Assembly: GCF_001194135.2 (NCBI RefSeq)
Contig: NC_068985.1
Span: 71,752,032 to 71,805,656, forward strand
Direction of reading: 5' to 3'
Length of the DNA: 53,625 nt
Source: Octopus bimaculoides
Lineage: Eukaryota
Positions 12,778-26,222 of this stretch are shown in pieces; position 1 is the first letter of the stretch, and each line of letters begins with the position of its first letter. The position numbers and the translations under genes were made by a program. The notes beneath the pieces were generated by a model. That model ran no database searches, was not told the DNA's origin, and was given only the letters and a program-made list of their open reading frames with translations.

Positions 12778-12879
12778 GTAAGCTTCTATATTTTCCTTTC
12801 AGTCACCCTCAGTAACTTTTGACTGAGATATAAAATAATGCACTTCTATTTCTTTGTTCAGATTAACTCAGTTAAAATA

Positions 12880-14214
12880 CAGGGTGTCCCAAAACATTTG
12901 ACATCATTTGAAATGTGAATATCTTTGTAACTACATGTCCTAAGCAAATGAAATTAAATAGGCTTCATGTTGAACAATAAGGGGTTTATTTATCGAAATT
13001 CAAACAAAAGATTCAGAGGGATGTAGCTTTTATAACTGATTTCCCAAAGCTTCACAAATGTTCAGTATGCGCACTACCTATGACATGACACAGATCAAGT
13101 CAGCGGTCCAACTCCTGCCAAATGTGCTGTAGCATGTCTTGTGTAACATTTTCCAGTGATTCAGTGATTCTCTTCTCAAGTTCCTTTAGACTTGTAGGAA
13201 GAGGTGGGATATATAAACCAGTCCCTTCACATAGTTCCATACAAGAAAATCATAAGGTGTCAAGTCAGATGAATGTGGTTGTCATTATGACTGGCACACC
13301 TGATCCATCTCCTTGGTAGATTCTCATTGAGATGAGCCTGCACAGTCAGTTTCCAGTGAGGTGGAACCCCACCCTGTTGAAAAATGAATTTTCCATGCTC
13401 ATTTGCAATGAAATAATCAAATAACCATTTCTTAAGCATTTGTAAATAAGCATTGCCAGTCATGTTTCCCTCAAAGAAAAATAGTCCATAAAGACAATTC
13501 TTGGAGATTGCACAGAACACATTTACTTTTGGTGAGCCCCTCTTGTGCTCAACTGTGGAATGGGGTATATTCTTCTCCACAAATGTAAACATTATGCTTA
13601 TTAACTTTGCCATTCATCTGAAATGTGGCCTCATCACTGAAAACAAGACACTTTACATACTTTGCACCTTCAAATTTCTCTTGTTTAGTAACACAGAATT
13701 GCTTGCACTTTTCCCTGTTATCTGTGTTTAAGGCTTGAATGAGCTGCAACCTATAGGGTGTTTTTCGCAAACATTTCCTTACTACATGCCAAAGTGTTAT
13801 ACGAGGAACTTGGGTTTCCATAGATGCTCTTCTTACAGACTTTCTGGGGCTTCACACAGATGTTTCCCAAACCTGATTGATGGTATCTTCCAGTACTAGT
13901 GGTCATCCAGATCCCTTTGCGCTGCACAGACAGCCTTCTTCTTTGAATTTTTTTATAGTTCTATGTCCAAATCTATTTTCCAGTTGGAGCATCTTTATTG
14001 AATTTTCTTGAAAATGCACGTTGCACACTCTTGTTTGATTGTGATCAAGCATATTCTAACACACATAATGCCTTTTCATTTCTACTGAACTTCATTCTTC
14101 ACCCTGTAAAGAAACTTAGCTTTTACACATTTTGTTAAAATTTGAAATCATTTGAGCAAGAATTAGCCATGTTATTAGGGTATGAAATGATGTCAATACT
14201 TTGGGGACATCCTG
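12880..14214 (-). mobile_element. Full-length Tc1/mariner-superfamily transposon, decayed
   Basis: TA|CAGGGTGTCCCAAAACATTTGACATCATTT at left; the reverse complement of the right end reads TA|CAGGATGTCCCCAAAGTATTGACATCATTT. TA duplication at 12878-12879 and 14215-14216. Confidence 0.92.
13052..14095 (-). pseudogene. DDD transposase pseudogene
   Basis: MKFSRNEKALCVLEY start, VFSDEATFQMNGKVNKHN, VNVFCAIS, FQQGGVPPH (second Asp mutated), SDLTPYDFLVWNYVKG; multiple stops and frameshifts. A deletion prevents counting the DD-D spacing. Confidence 0.9.
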
Positions 14215-15609
14215 TATAAATATTTTTTCATCCACAGTAAGAACCAACCATATTGCCTACCTTTTACAGAACCAGAAATCTTGCCATGGAAACCCTAAAT
14301 TTTATTTTCAATCACTGTATTTGTAACTCACAGCCATTATGTTGTAACTAACATTTTAAAAATTTTCTTAGCTATTCACAGTCTCTGATGCCTTCTCATT
14401 TGGCTCACATATTGTTCACATATCAGTAGTTATATCATAGTAGCCACATTTCTTTTTCAAAAAAGGAAATGCTTCTACCTTTCTTTACAAAGCTTACTTA
14501 CACTAGATTTAGGTATCACTATGAATCTTTGAAAATATTTAAATCCGACTTTTGCTGTACTTTTTCTTGGAAAGCATCCAAGAAGAAACATTTTGATACC
14601 TCATTTGTGAAATTCAGAAGAATATTTTAGGAAATATGACAATTTGAATAGTCAGCAAATTGGTTGAAACTTGCCTAATTAAGCCTAAATGAATAATTAG
14701 CCATAGTTGTGATGTCATATCTTTGAAACTGAGGTGATAACTATCTTCAAATTACACAAATTAATAGTGTCCATGGAATAGCAGTTGCCTGCTTTTTTTT
14801 TTTTTTTTTTTTTTTTTTTCAGATTCTTGAAAACGAAACTTTTTTTTGGCAATTTTAAAAATATTTATGTAAAACCTATTTTGTTGCATGTGACAAACAG
14901 TGGATTTCATGCTGCAAGTGTAAGCTTTTCATATGTTTTCAAACCTAAATCCAAAAGTACAAACCACAGGACTTGAGTTTTAGCACATTTGTTGTAGATG
15001 TAGAACTAAATTAATCCTAAGATTTTGGGACATGATACCAATTTAATAAAATTTTAACAGCTTCCTAAGTTTTATGCAAAATTTCACATTGGCTCTTTGT
15101 CCATGACAAAATTGCAGACTACAGCAAATGTGATCACAAAAACACAAATCTCACAACTTTTGAAGTAAACACCGTAGTGTCACACAGTACACTACCTCAT
15201 GAAGGTCACTGCTAGCTCTCATTGTGCACACAACTATGTGCTGCCATCTGCTGGCATGCTACAGATCTAGTCTGGGAAATTGTTATACCACCTTGTTGTC
15301 TCAAATATATGAAACAAAAAAATATTGGATGGTCTTGGTCAGAACATTGTAACTGATTTTGTGAAGGATAGATAACTGCAAAAACATGAGCAGGAAGGGA
15401 ATTCCAGTGTGAAGCATTTATCAAGGAGGAGGAATTTGTGTGCTTTAGGAAGGTGAAATACAGTAAAGGAGGATACAGTTGTATCGGCACAATTTCAATG
15501 CCTAAAGGTGAAGTATATCTTTGAAGATGTTTGTCAGATGAATTGTACGTATCATATAAGAATAAATTCTACTTGGGACAGCCATAATTATTCCAAGGCC
15601 ATGTAAAAG

Positions 15610-15868
15610 TACCTGTGCGGGCAACATGTAGAAATGCCTGTGCCAGTGCCACATAAAAGTACCCATGTCAGTGCCATGTAATAGCACCCATGCCAATGCC
15701 ACATTAAAGAAAAACCAGTACTCTCTGTAAGATGGTTGGCATTAGGAAGGGCATCCAGCTGTAGAAATTATGCCAAAACAGACAAATGGGGCCCAGACAG
15801 CTCTCCAGTTGGCCAGTTCCCATCGAACTGTCCAACCCATGCCAGCATGAAGGATGGAAGTTAAATGT
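15610..15868 (+). mobile_element. Older family A (RTE-like) 3' end
   Basis: gatggttggcattaggaagggcatccagctgtagaa...tccaacccatgccagcatg. Confidence 0.7.
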
Positions 15869-17061
15869 CCTTCCTTTATTAAAGAAGGCAAATATTTGTT
15901 GTAGATTTACATGCAGTTTCTTACAAGTCAAGCAACTACAAAAAGGATTGGCTGAAACTGTAACAATTCTTTTTCTGTCAACCATAATGTAGTCAGTTTT
16001 TTGACCTGCATAATGTTATCTCTGACTACATAATCCAATGTGTTTTGTTTTTAGATAGTATGGTACAATTTGTAGAAAATTTACCTACCATTTCTAGCAG
16101 GTCAAGCAACCACATAGGGACCTTTTACCTCTACAACTACTCACATTTATCTAAATTAAATTTAAATACAATAATTATGTTAGCCTGTATATTGCTAAAT
16201 TTAAATATAGGCTGTGTAAATTATTCCTTCTCTCTTCATCCACCTCAGAATAACATCACCATATTAGGAGGCAATTGCTAACTAATAAACAAAGACTACT
16301 TGAGGTTTTTAGCATGTATATGAATGCGGTCTTCAGTTCATGATTACTGCTTGATACAATCCAGAGATTAATTCCACTGTGTATGAACAGTGACAGAAAT
16401 TCCACCAATAATGCCAAAGCTTGTTATGAATTATCAATATTTAGCTTTTAATATTGCGAAACAAATCATTTTATTCTCTTTTGTCACTTAGCTTCATAAT
16501 ATCATGTCTGATCATTTTATTTGCCCCATGTAGAGCGTTTATCTCATTCGATAACCTATAAAAGCATCAACATTCAAAATACCATTAATATTTAATATAT
16601 CATTAATATTTCAATTTTCTTTGACAATATCTTTTGATTGCTTTTTACCCCACTCCCTTCCCTTAGAATTTCTTATGTTAATGAACTGATATAAAGTAAA
16701 CAACATTTTTACTAACTCTTAACTAACCAACTAAACAGACTTTGGCTTTGAAGGGTTATTTTATTCAGTGCTGCTTATATCTAACTTTATTTAATCTTAG
16801 AACTATTTATTAACAAACCAAGCATAAAAAGAAAAACAATAACTGTGCGTATATGTATATTATACATACTGCCATCTGAGAATTTAATCAATTTGAGATT
16901 GTGGATTTTTATCCATCCACATCAGCTACCTTGGTGCAGTGATAGTAATGAGTGAGAGAAAATCATTCTAATATTGAAGCCATTTCTATTTGGTAAAACA
17001 AGGAAGAAGACCCACTGGTTGATGTCTCCAAAGGAAGCTTTGACAAGGCTCAGGTGGCTGG

Positions 17062-17188
17062 CTTTGAGGAATTGTTTATTCTTGACACCTTTAGAAAGCA
17101 ACTTCTCCTTACATCTTAGGTCTGACCTTGAAGAATTGTTTATTCTTGGCACCTTTAGAAAGCAACCTCTCCTTACATCTTAGGTCTG
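17062..17188. repeat. Tandem duplication, 2 x 64 bp
   Basis: ctttgaggaattgtttattcttgacacctttagaaagcaacttctccttacatcttaggtctg is repeated at 17126 with a few substitutions. Confidence 0.9.
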
Positions 17189-17489
17189 CACTGAGTTGGT
17201 GGCTTGGCAATTTCACACAAAAAGGTTACAAGTAGATATATGTTTAGAAAGCATCTAATAGGCATATTCAAAGAGTTTGTTTTAACTACAGCTCTCCATG
17301 CTTAGCATAGCTGTTGTTAATTTCCTGAGCATTACATTAAACTTTTAAGACAGGTGAACACTATATTTATGTATAAGCATTCCAGTTACTCCTTGTTATA
17401 ACTAGGAGTCTAGTTGCAAACAGAACAGCTTTCTACTTTAATGAGACTCTAACTATGAGTGACTTCAGTGGGAAGTTAATATATCTGGA

Positions 17490-17970
17490 GAATTCCTTAT
17501 TCATTCCACACCTGAAAAGAATTAGGAGACAGAAAGTAATCTGGTTTAATCTATCCCTCAATTTAGGTATCACTTCAAATACCATTAGGAACTTTGTATC
17601 TATTGAAAGATACCACTTTGTGACCCCTCATAAATATTGTAAACACATTGTTAAGATTAGCTATTGTTGCCTAGATAACATTGCTTCCAGATTAAACACA
17701 ACAACCAAGACCTGCATTTACACAGCATCCACTCTTGCAAACAACCTACATTGGTTGAAATTAAGCCACTTCCCCACTAAAGGGATTTTGCCTTTTTAAG
17801 GCCATGGTATACAGAACTACACGTGTTCTACTAGATAGTATCTTGAGATAATATAGCAGGCTTAATGAGAGTAACAGTGACTTCAAAAGACAGTATAAGC
17901 AACATCTGCATTCCTTTATGATCAGGGACAGGATAAACTTTATATCCTTGTTCTGGCTTATTTAGGAGTC
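17490..17970 (+). pseudogene. Penelope-like element fragment (RT-EN linker and GIY-YIG N-part)
   Basis: RRQKVIWFN...HIVKISYCCLDNIAS, then frameshifted PLKGFCLFKAMVYRTT and NSDFKRQYKQHLHSF. These match PLE motifs of the type IIWFNPP/VKVSYSCM/CPLxGxCL/SIVYKA/FKxRYxxHxxSF. Confidence 0.75.
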
Positions 17971-18871
17971 AAGCCTGTGGCTGCCCCCACCGTCCCACTA
18001 CAACCTGGTGTAATTATGTAACTCACCTCAGTGGATGATATTATAACTTGTTTCCCAATTCAAAAAATTGCATATCTTAGAGCAACTTGTGACATTCCTC
18101 AGTAGAAAATTCAAAATAATCTATAATTGTTGTCACTGATGGGCTTTTGTCTCTGGTCAGTTCTGACTGACTTAGAAAATAATAACATTGAAAAATCAAG
18201 AAGTTAACTCTTTTACCAATGAAAGTTAATCTCAACTAAGTTGCTTACCCTACACCCTAATAGTGCCTCCACAATTTCATAATGCCTCACAGGGATTTTT
18301 GCAGCAATCCTGTCACATTTTTCATCACATGACACAGCACATCCAATGTCAAGTTAACTCACTAAGTACCTTTCAAATAAAATGTGGTCAAGGCTTTGCT
18401 TCTCATAGCCATCTGATTTATTAGACATATGCTTTCTTCTTTATAAGACTTTGAGTAATAGCCATGTAGTGTAAACCGTTAACTGCTTATCTATAAATTC
18501 GTGTGTGTGTCTGTATGAAGACATGTATAAATTGCTTAGGTTTATTCAGGCACATGAGGGTGCACAGGAAAAAAAAATCCTCAGAATGATCTGGAGCAAC
18601 CAAGAAGTCAGAAGAATTTGTATGAATGTCAGATTTGCAACAAGTTCTGTAAGTTGTTAGCAGGATACAAGAGCCATTGTCGTTCTCTCATCTTGTAATG
18701 TTGTGATACGCTTAATCATCTATGGCCATACTCATTTGATGGGTCAACAGCTATCACATGTATGTATGTGTGTGTGTATACATATATGTAATACATGAGT
18801 GCATATATATATATGTATGTATGTAATACAAGTGCATGTGTGTGTGTATGTATTTGCAATACGTGTATATG

Positions 18872-18914
<43 letters not shown>

Positions 18915-21025
18915 ATTGCAGCGTGGAAGGTGTTTATAAGCCATTTAAGATAACACACAAAATCCGTTAGATTCACTTCAACATTTAAATTTAATTTGTC
19001 AAAATATTTTCGTCGCTTTGAGACCGCGACCTGTTCACTGACAAAATTCTGTGCTGCATAGATAGATAGATAGATACATATATACGTATATATCTTTGTA
19101 ATACATATTAATTAGACCAGGAAAGTGACCTACTTTAACATTTTAGCATGAGTGACTACGAACTACTAGGTTATAGAAATTGATCTGATAGAAAAGTTTA
19201 TGTGTGTCCAGTATCTCCAGGCAATGCACTTAATACATGGCCTTTGTCAATCTTGCTATACTAAGTTACTGTCTGGCTGTGGAAAAATTGGAACTAGCTA
19301 CAATGGGTCAATATCTAATTGAAAATTTGCAGTTATTATTGTTGAATTATCGTCATTCAAATACGAACTGTACCTATCTCATCTTTTCTATCATGCTAAT
19401 ATTCAAGGCTTTCTTATCTAATATATTTATCCATTTTTATGATGATTGGGTGAAACTTTAAAGGAGATTTTGTAGCTAATTGTTGCAGTTTAAACTAGGG
19501 CATGAAGATTGTTGTGAGTATTTGAACCAGCAGCTAAATCTGAGAGAATCACTATCTGGCTAAAAATTGGTAACTTGTGTATTGATACTCATTAGGTATT
19601 GGTAGATGGCTAGGGTAGAATTAACAACTAACGGTAATGAAATGTGACCTAGTTGGAAATTCCCTAGGGAGAGAATTGGTGGAATTTGTGCTAGAAATTC
19701 TTGCTTAGCTTTCGAAGTTACTTGTAATAAAGGAGTGATTTAGCTCTCATCCAGTTTACTCAACTGAAATTAAGGTCAAGCACCAGTTTTGTGAAGACCT
19801 CTTGTGGCTGATAAAAGGATTAACTGTAACTATTTTCTGTTTTATTTTATTTTATTTTTCAATATAACCATTAATATTTCTATACTAATTTAAAAAAACA
19901 AAAAAGGCAAAGAGACATAACTCAAATGTTATACTGAAATTACATGTGAAGCTCTTGTACCAGAACACAATGCTCCACCCAGCCCATTCAAAAGGAAACA
20001 TTTATTTCCCTGGCAGCATGTTTTATAGCATTATATTCTTAAAAAAAAAAAAATGGTGTAGCTTCCATTAGTTTAAAAATTGTCCATTTTATCACTGAAT
20101 TTTATCATTATTTTGTTTTCTTTTTACTTTTATTTTTAAATATATTCTTTATACTTAATAGGACATTTCCCACTCTTTATTTCTGACAGCCATTAAAAAT
20201 ATTCTTTTTAAGATTTATTTTAAGAGAAGAAACCAAAAGTTTAAAAAAGAAAAACTAAGAAGGTGGTAGTGGAGGGGAGAGAGGCGTAATGAAACAAAAA
20301 CTTGTGGAAAGGAAAAAGAAAGAAAAAATCTGATCTTTATTCTGTTTTCTCTTCCTCTTCTTTCTCTTCTCTTTAACTTAGCTTTCACCGGAAAAAAGAA
20401 AGCAAGAAATAAAACCAACAAAAACAATAAAAAGGACAAAAAATTTTAAAGTCATCATCATCATCATTATTATTATTATTATTTTTATCATTACTATCAT
20501 CATTATTATTATTACTTTTATTTTCCTTCGTGTAACTATTGTCACCATCATCATCATCATCATCATCATCATCATTTTTTTTCTTCATATTGAAATTTTT
20601 AGCCCATGTGTAATGCTATGGCAGGTCTATTGAAATACTTACAACCCCCATTGTCAAGATGATGAAGCAAAAGTTACATAGATTTCAATCATTAATTATT
20701 GATTAAAATCAATATTGTTTATTTCCATATATGAATTAAAAAAAAATGCATTAAAAATAAGAAGAAAAAAAACAAAAACAAGATTAGCAAGATAGCAATC
20801 TTATTTTCACTGCAAGACAAAACTACAAAGAACAATAATGAAATGTAGTGAGAATGTTGCATTGTGGGTGAATTCTGTTGCAGGAAGATTCTTGTTTATA
20901 TTCATTTGTATGCATTTTACATGGCAGAAATACATGTTGCTGTTGCTTAGCCTCAAGTTAGCTCCTATCAAGTTGACCTAATATTAAAATCAGTCCAGCC
21001 ATTATTACTTTCTCCTCTCCTTTCG

Positions 21026-21212
21026 TCATCATCATCATCTAATGTCTGTTTTTCATGATGGCATGGGTTGAATGACTTGACAGGAGCTGGCAAACCGGAG
21101 GGCAACGCCAAGCTCCATTGTCTGTTTAGGCATAACTGTTACAGCTGGATGCCCTTCCTAATGCCAACCACTTTACAGAGTGGACCTGGTGCTTTTCATG
21201 TAGCACCAGCAC
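21026..21212 (-). mobile_element. Older family A (RTE-like) 3' end
   Basis: (TCA)n tail, then ...cagctggatgcccttcctaatgccaacc. Confidence 0.7.
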
Positions 21213-21942
21213 TGATAGGCCAGCATGTCCTCCCAATTAAAGACAGCAGTGTGTAGAGTGTGGTTTGAGGGAAATGTGGCTGTTGTTTCTGGCAAGTTCA
21301 GTGACCACAGATGCTTTCTCCAGCTGATCATAAATTGATGTTAATGTGGTTGGAGTTATAATTGTAGTTTACTACACAATCACATACTTCTGAATTCAAT
21401 TATGTTGATCAACTCTTGTAATTATCAATGAGATTCAGTTGGTAAAACCTGAAGAAGACTGTACCTATTCTTGGGTGGTAAATCTTACCTAGGGTGTCTT
21501 TCCATTTCCTCCTTTTACTGTTGATAAACAAACTACAGGTCCAAGTACTGAGCCATTTTCACCTCTCTTTTTCCTCCGTTTGGAATTGGCTACATTTAAG
21601 GGGCTGAAAAGTTACATTGACATTGCAATCTCACCATCTCTGTGTGAGAAAGATGGTAAACTGTCTCCAGCTTTAGCACTACCACCTGCCCCTTGAGTGC
21701 ATTTAGCAGAGTCCATTCTCTTATAAGCTTTGGAACAAATCCTCATATCATTCCATAAGTTATGGTTTCTTTCTCTCTTTCTCCAACCAAAACTCAGTGA
21801 TCCTACAAAAAGGTACTGGGTTCTGCCCAAGGAATACAAATAGAAATATTGTGCTGCAGTTGATGTTTTCAAAGTTCGCTTAAATATAGAAACAGATGAT
21901 TGCACTTTATAGAGTTCAGTTTATTTATTCATTTTATATATT

Positions 21943-22103
21943 GATTTCAAATTTTGGCACAAGGCCAGCAGTTCTATTGGAAGAGGTAAGTCGATTACAT
22001 CAGCCCCTGATACTTATTCTATTGACCCCGCGAAAGGATGAAAGGCAAAGTTGAATTTGAACTCAGAACGTAAAGACAGATAGAAATACTGCTAAGTATT
22101 TTG
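21943..22103 (-). mobile_element. tRNA-like SINE (family B)
   Basis: gaccccgcgaaaggatgaaaggcaaagttgaatttgaactcagaacg; internal deletions. Confidence 0.75.
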
Positions 22104-22619
22104 TCACCTTGCCACTTTCAGCAACTATTAAGACATGAACATGGACTTAAATCAGTTCAGTTTCATTGTCTGCCCTTAAGAAATCACCAAGCCAGCATAT
22201 TTAAACATGGTGCTGTTTCTGTGTACCATTTTTGTGGGAAAACTACAATTGAGCTCCCCACATCTCCAGCTACTCCATGTTAACCTCAGCACAGTATACT
22301 AATTGCTATGATAAATATCAATGTTTGCCAAATCATATGTCAAAAATGTTCTTTTGAAAGGAATTCTCAAAGCAATGAAAATCTCCTTGAAACTACATTG
22401 TTACAAAGAAAACATGGAGTCCTGTAAAATATACCACAGAATATTTTGTGATAAAGCTAAAACATTGCAGTGCTCTCTAGTTTTTCTTTCACTATATATT
22501 GTGATATAGCTACTGTAGAATATTACTCAAAGTTCCTCATTAAACTTTGGTGACTCAGGCCTTGTCTCATTTTGGATGTTTTAGGAGAAAACATATTAGA
22601 CGTATTGTGGTATATAACT

Positions 22620-22653
<34 letters not shown>

Positions 22654-22683
22654 NNNNNNNNNNNNNNNNNNNNNNNNNNNNNN
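22654..22683. other. Assembly gap inside (TA)n
   Basis: 30 N flanked by TA repeats. Confidence 1.
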
Positions 22684-22722
<39 letters not shown>

Positions 22723-25700
22723 GCAGGTGATTGTACTGTTTCAAATAATGATAGAATTTATATGATACATGTTATGGCAGCATGTCATAAGAGAATACAA
22801 CATTCAATACTATGATACTATGTTGAATATCAAGCTGTTTGATTACTGCATACTATTAAGCTAGTCTAGAGAACAACACTGTCAAGAAAAGCCATTATAA
22901 AAATGAATAACATTTTAACAGATGGGAATGTCAGTCAAACATGGTTGAGATTTTCATTGCTTTGAGAATTCCTTTCAAATGAAGGTCAAAGTGACTTTCA
23001 AATGCTATAGGGCAGAGGGTATACTTCATAGTCACAACTATATAATTACTACCACAAGCATTACCCTCCGGCTGTTGATACTATAACCACTACTATCACC
23101 ACCAAAGCTACCGACTATCCTATTACTATCGCTAATCCCTCTCTTCTATTACCATCATTGTGGTGCTGGTACTACTATTACTGCTGCTGATGCCACCAAC
23201 CCCACCTCATGCCAAGAAGGAAGACCATACCGGGTCACTCATTCTGCTAGAATCTCTCTCTTAATATATCTTACTGTTTCAAAAAACAAAAACAAGAAGA
23301 AAGAAAACATTCAACATTACAGCCTTGGACACACTGTATCCAAATAACAGATGGGTTAGTCGTAGCTGGTACACTATACTGAATAACTCCACTTGATCAT
23401 ATACAGTTCTTGAATCTATCTCAAATAGTTTCAGGATCCTTAAAAGTATGGCTCTATAAGCCAATAGCTGTAAAGTAATCCCCAAACCACATTCTCTTAA
23501 TTTCAAAAAGGAGAATGTCACACTCAAAACTATAGCCCTAGATATACTTTGTCTGAAAACAAATATGGGTGGTTATGCCTAGAACATTTCATTGTATGAA
23601 TTTGCTGGATAATTGCTGACATAGCACTTAACAGTGAGGGCAACATGGCTAATTGTTACTTTTGATGATGTTTTGAAACTTCTGCTTCTATATATATAAA
23701 ATGAATATTCATGTACGTGTGCATGCATGTGGCGGGGTGTGACAGATATTGAATTTACTTGCCCTTGTTTTGAAAATAGCAGTGTTGTTATTTAGACCTT
23801 TGTTGGTCTTGATCCAACAGACATTTTTATTTATATCCCAACTTTGAAACAAGAGCATAATTGTTTGCAGATTTCAAACAAGCTAATCACTGGCTCACTA
23901 CATTTCTATTGCTAAACATGATGAGATTTTGCCTAACTTGATGCAGAAGAAATATCTTCAGGTTTTTCATTCATAAGGCACCAATTTTTGGTTTCCTCAT
24001 CACTGTTTACATCCATACTTAGAATCTAATCAGTGTACTTTCTAAACATCTCACTTTCTTCCAAACCAACACTCAGGCTTATCTTTAGTCTACTAAAATG
24101 GTCTCACAAACCAATGAGGTGATTCACTTTCTGATTGCTCAACAAATGAGAAATTGCAGTCCCAACTCAAATCATGCGCTACTCTCTAAAAATAGGAAGG
24201 AACCATTAGATAATCTAATCTTAGATGCACATTTTCAAAAAATGACTTGGTCAAGGCTGGAACCCCTTTGATTATTGGTTCATACAGTCAGGGCTGCTAG
24301 GAATGAAGCAGTAACAGTTATAACTAAAATCCCTTGAGTGGTCAGTGATGTACTAGTCAAAATCATTTAGCTGCCCCTAGGTGGCGTTCTTAGCTTAAAG
24401 GAAAAGTTAGAAACCCCAAACACACCATTATTGTCATACTATTACCAACAGCAGTGTCATTATCATCACCCACCTCCCTCCTCCTCATCATCATTCTTAT
24501 CATCTTGTTATTTGTATTTTTAGTAAAAAATATGTTTTTTATTTGTTTACTGCTTGTCACCACCAACTTCACCACTACCATCACCAGGTAGCATACTTAG
24601 CAAGGTACCATTATAATCATCATACCATTATGATAAGCATCATTTTCGTCAATCACTATTGTCATGTTCATCATCATTTTGTTGCTATCATTTTTACTTA
24701 AACTATAAAGATTATACTTTATACAGTTTTTCTTTCTTTTTTCTTTTTGCCCTAACATTCCCAAACTGTTTTTAGATTTAGTAAAGACTATGTTTGCTTG
24801 GAGGTTTTATTTGAAACAAGCTTTTCAGAAAGTCAACATTTCGCCATGTATATTTCTCTAACTTTTTTCTTTGTCTCTGGTCTCTCCTCTCCATCCTCAT
24901 CCATCTTAACAATACTGATGTTAAGAAATATAGGTGGTAGGACATAGAGTGCAGTTTTTTTTCTGGGTTTCTTTTTTGTATCATGTCTCCCCTTTTCTTC
25001 ACAAATATTCTACCAGTTCTTTATATGCTACCTCTCTCTTCTGACCCCACCCCTGCTTCTATCCATGTATCCATTGACACCGACTGCCACCCAGACTCAT
25101 CTACATCCAACTTTTTTGCTGTCTTTCTGTTTGTCTATCTGTCTGCCTGTCTGTCTCCCTCCCTTTTTATCTCTCCCTTACCAACAACCCCTCCCACTAC
25201 TGGCTCTCCCAACAGTACCACCACCACCACCACCACCATCATCATCATCATTATGATCACAGCCACCACTGCCACCACCCCTGCTTAACTAACGTCTTCC
25301 TTTGCAGACTGGTATATTTCATTAATGACAAGTTGCTTACATTTTAATTAACCAAACCAGGCCTGCAAAATCTCTCAGTCCATCTGAGGAACAGGAAACA
25401 ACTGTCTGTTTTGTGTATGGGAGTGGGGGACTCAAATTCCAGACCAATCTATTTGGTTCTTTATCAAAACCAAATTAAAATAAATAATAACAACTTCTTT
25501 TCTTGGGCCATAGGGGCCCCTAGATACTGCTGTAGGGTTTTAGTACAAAGATGAAATGAAAAGGGAAAAAAACAAAAATTAAAAAATCACGTGTGATGAG
25601 GGATTACAGGGAGTAAAATGATGGGATTGACAATAAGAATAATCATACATGTAAAGAAGTAGCTTTTGTTGGAAATAGAAACCAAACGGCCTAAAAGTTG

Positions 25701-25750
25701 CACACACCTTCATGACTCTGGGTGCAGGGGAAAAAATGTATGGATATATT

Positions 25751-25965
25751 GGCTTCAAAGTTGGGCATAAGGCCAGCAACTGCAGGGGAGGGGACAGATT
25801 GATTTCCTCGACTCCTGTGCTCAACTGGTACTTATTTTTTTTATCCTGAAAGGACGAAAGACAAAAGCCAACTTTGGGAGAATTTGAACTCAGAATGTAA
25901 AGATGGCTGAAATGCAACTAAGCATTTTACCTATCTTGCTAATGATTTGGCCAGCTCACTGCCTT
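25751..25965 (-). mobile_element. tRNA-like SINE (family B), diverged
   Basis: aactggtactta...gaaaggacgaaagacaaaag...aatttgaactcagaatg...ccagctcactgcc. Confidence 0.75.
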
Positions 25966-26113
25966 AAAATGTAAGAAGATATTGGATAATATATTCTTAG
26001 TTCCTTTCATAAATGTTGGATGGTTCTAAAGGAAGGTGAGATAGCCTTGATCATAGGTCTGCACAATTCGATCTGACCTGGGACTTAACAATAACTAGAA
26101 CAAGGAGGTGAGG

Positions 26114-26117
<4 letters not shown>

Positions 26118-26170
<53 letters not shown>

Positions 26171-26222
26171 GGTGGTGGTGGTGGTGGTGGTGGTGATGAT
26201 GATGATGATGATGATGATGATG
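26118..26222. repeat. Compound trinucleotide repeat (GAT)n(GGT)n(GAT)n
   Basis: Read directly from the sequence. Confidence 0.95.

Noticed and set aside
14797-14830. Strong poly-T-CAG acceptor 2 kb after the exon
   Set aside because: The phase-1 frame stops immediately (GAT TCT TGA) and there is no nearby donor.
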